A DNA stretch of 63,993 nucleotides, the filler included, from Basidiobolus ranarum (taxonomy: Eukaryota): the NCBI GenBank assembly GCA_040143965.1. It is 4 parts of 4 records of this genome, joined end to end, with 100 filler letters (N's around TTAATTAATTAA, not from the genome) between each part and the next. Parts side by side here need not be neighbours in the genome. Positions count along the whole stretch, not along the records: positions 48,759 to 63,993 come from JASJQH010000387.1; 3 more parts are not named here. One strand, 5' to 3'. The translations under genes were made by a program, and so were the position numbers. The notes beneath the pieces were generated by a model. The model did no database searches, had not been told where the DNA came from, and saw only the letters and a program-made list of their open reading frames with translations. Shown here piece by piece: positions 61,720-63,993 of this stretch (its first letter is position 1; each line of letters starts with the position of its first letter).

Positions 61720-62665
61720 CTATCTCTTTCTGTCAGGCTTCCACTTGTAAACTGACAAGCCGTTGCTATCAACACCGATCTTCTTTCTTCTGCCTTTAGA
61801 CTAAAGAAGGGAGGATTAATATCGAGTCAGTAGTACCAAAGATCAACAAGACATACCATTAAAGCTTTCTGTGTGTTAAATTCATGTTCCAATTTAGCCA
61901 ACTTCTCTTCACGATCCAAACGAGAGCTCAGTTCCTTGTACTTATTTTCTCTAGCTTTACGAATCTTCTTATCTTCCAAAGGATTTTCCTTTGGAATTTC
62001 TGTATTTAAAGTGTTCAATCTAGGTCGATTGAATTTTCGATTCATCAATTCTGGTAATGTATCGAAATGTTTGGCTACATCGAAATTCTTCACTTCTTCT
62101 TCATCATCAACGAAGATAACATGATTAGTTGGTTTAGGTGTAGACTCTTCCTCATCTTCCATATCTTCCTCGCCCTCTTCCTCTAAGAAATGAAGTCCCT
62201 CCTTAATCTTTCCTAATTTCTTCTTACTAATATCACGTAAATGAGTGACATAGTTAACATCTTGAGTTTTCAAAAGTTTCAAAAATTCCGCAGTGAACTG
62301 CTCGTTTCTTTCAGCAATATGTACACCTTTCTAGAGGAATATTTGAAAATATTAGAAGGTATTGAAGAAAGAAATAAACCAAGAGAGAGAGAGAGTTTAG
62401 AAACAAGGTAAAGTGAGATGTTTCTTTGAGAGTAAAAGTAAAATACCTTGGTTTTGGTGTTGATCATTTTATAATAGAATTCATCCGGGTTCTTGAAGTA
62501 TGCTTTTTCACGTAAGCCCTTAAGTCGGTTTTGTTTGGAGTGATAATCTTTGGCACGTAAAACATAATCCTTATGTTTTTCCAAAAGACCAAGTTTGGTA
62601 CGTGCACCAGGTTGGGAACGCTCCCTATGTGTACGACGGTGTACACTATTTCTTAACGAAGACAT
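61720..62665 (-). CDS. UTP11: U3 snoRNP/SSU processome protein Utp11 (3 exons)
   Basis: [19 protein letters not shown]...[18 protein letters not shown]...[42 protein letters not shown] and C-terminal [10 protein letters not shown]. Confidence 0.95.
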
Positions 62666-63113
62666 GAGATCCTAAGTTATTGAGGAAAGGAAAGAGAAGG
62701 AAAAGGTTTCCACTCAATAGTAGAAGTAGTAACGAGTAATAAGGTAATAACTATTAGATGATTTAGTAGAATCTTGATTGTTGAGACTATTCCTTTTTTC
62801 CATTCATCAATATTGTAGTCATACTGGTAATAAAAAAAAAAATTATCAATTTTTTTATGCTTCAATCACTTGAAAGTCCTACCTATATGTAATTGGTTAA
62901 ACTCGTTGATTCGAAATCGGTTTATAAAAGTACAATAATTTTTTTCCAGATTCATGGTTGAAATCAAAATAGTAGTCAAAGTATTTAACACCTTTTGTTG
63001 CGTCTACCTTCAAATTTTGTACACTTTGGAAGTAAAAAATAAACTCTGACAATTGACCATCATCATTGATATTTACTTGCAAAATAGAGATTTAATCACG
63101 GTGCTAGTAAAAG

Positions 63114-63186
63114 CGACCCAGCCAGGGGTCGAACCTGGGACTTTCCGCTTAGGAGGCGGACGCTCTATCCACTGAGCTACGAGGCC
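63114..63186 (-). tRNA. tRNA-Arg(CCU)
   Basis: Identical to 57622-57694; followed by CTTTT on the minus strand. Confidence 0.93.
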
Positions 63187-63431
63187 AAGTGATGGAATGT
63201 CTTACTTCTTCCCCGAAACCAAATAAAAACAATAATAGTCACAATTCGTTACCTAGGTATTTGTAGAACTCTAAATTGTTGTTACTATATCTTCAGTATA
63301 TTGAACTTTACATTCAACTATTGTTTTATGTCAAATTATTGAGGTAGAAATTTGCATGTAATTTTTGTTGTATATTGTTGTATAGGAATGTTTAATTCCA
63401 CATTTCTTAAAAGTAGAGGGTATATTGATTT

Positions 63432-63993
63432 TGTTGGAGGATCTTGACATAATGGGGGTAGACTTTGGGTATTAGAAGCAACTTATGATAGTGCGTTTTA
63501 GTTACTTTATTCTTAAGAGTATAAAGTAATTTATATAGTAGAAAAGTAAATCAATTGTTTGAGATATTCAGGAGTTTGTGTAATCAGATATAATAGATAA
63601 GTGGGGGTAATAAGACATACTTGTTATATAGATACAGAGATATTCCTATTTAGAATATAGGGGCTATAGATACATTGCTTTCTGTTTCTGATATATGTAT
63701 CATAACTAAAGTTGACTAAGATTTTGAATAAAGATTAATTATCTAACACCTTCCCTTAAATCTTGTTCAGCATTGTGCTTATATTCACTAATGTCTATTC
63801 CTGCTCTTAACTTCTCAAAGCTTGAAGTTTTGAGTGGTTTTGTTAGTATATCTGCAAGCATGTTCTCAGTATAATAATAAATGAAGTTCATTTCTTTATC
63901 TTGAACTTTCTCTCATATAAAATGATATCTTATGTCAATGGGTTTTATCCTTGAGTGATGCTCAGGATTCTCAGTGATCTGATTACAACTAAT
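63432..63993 (-). mobile_element. 3' end of a Ty1/Copia retrotransposon: RNase H C-terminus, PPT and 3' LTR
   Basis: NPEHHSRIKPIDIRYHFI*EKV...TENMLADILTKPL, then polypurine tract AAGGGAAGG (63749-63757) abutting the LTR start TGTTAG at 63748. The LTR end could be at 63432, 63376 or 63366 (each reads CAACA on the minus strand). Confidence 0.9.

Noticed and set aside
1-63993. CRISPR array or rRNA genes
   Set aside because: No regularly spaced repeats or rRNA-like sequence were seen, and the sequence is eukaryotic nuclear DNA.

Overview
This is an AT-rich, intron-containing eukaryotic sequence from an early-diverging fungus (Zoopagomycota/Mucoromycota-like; Basidiobolus is a plausible but unproven guess). 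It is not one locus. Four roughly 16-kb contigs (1-16178, 16279-32424, 32525-48658, 48759-63993) are joined by artificial N44-TTAATTAATTAA-N44 linkers. Recognisable genes include a group I truncated haemoglobin, an atypical adenylate kinase, a questin-oxidase-like protein, ATX1 (missed by the ORF track), a CreA/Mig1-like zinc-finger factor, ESA1, a FUSC/ArAE-type membrane protein and a universal stress protein. The window also holds an HMG-box factor, a CobW/Zng1 GTPase, an aquaglyceroporin, an F-box/LRR protein, a GMC oxidoreductase, a PL14 lyase, PDCD2/Tsr4, YPI1, UTP11 and three tRNA-Arg(CCU)-family genes. Mobile DNA includes a LINE relic, a solo-LTR family with 5-bp target-site duplications (TSDs) and Copia remnants. 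The most interesting item is an intron-containing, degenerate Fanzor1 (eukaryotic TnpB-like RNA-guided nuclease) at 2780-4141. It is followed by an intact-looking Tc1/mariner-type right end (a candidate omegaRNA/guide locus) and carries a 123-bp segment shared with a nearby retroelement relic. Other oddities are an Arg-to-Gly anticodon-shifted tRNA, an aquaglyceroporin lacking the ar/R arginine, a cluster of iron-GATA-like sites upstream of the CreA-like gene, and near-total CpG loss in retroelements but not in the Fanzor. Family assignments come from motif recognition by eye; no searches were run.
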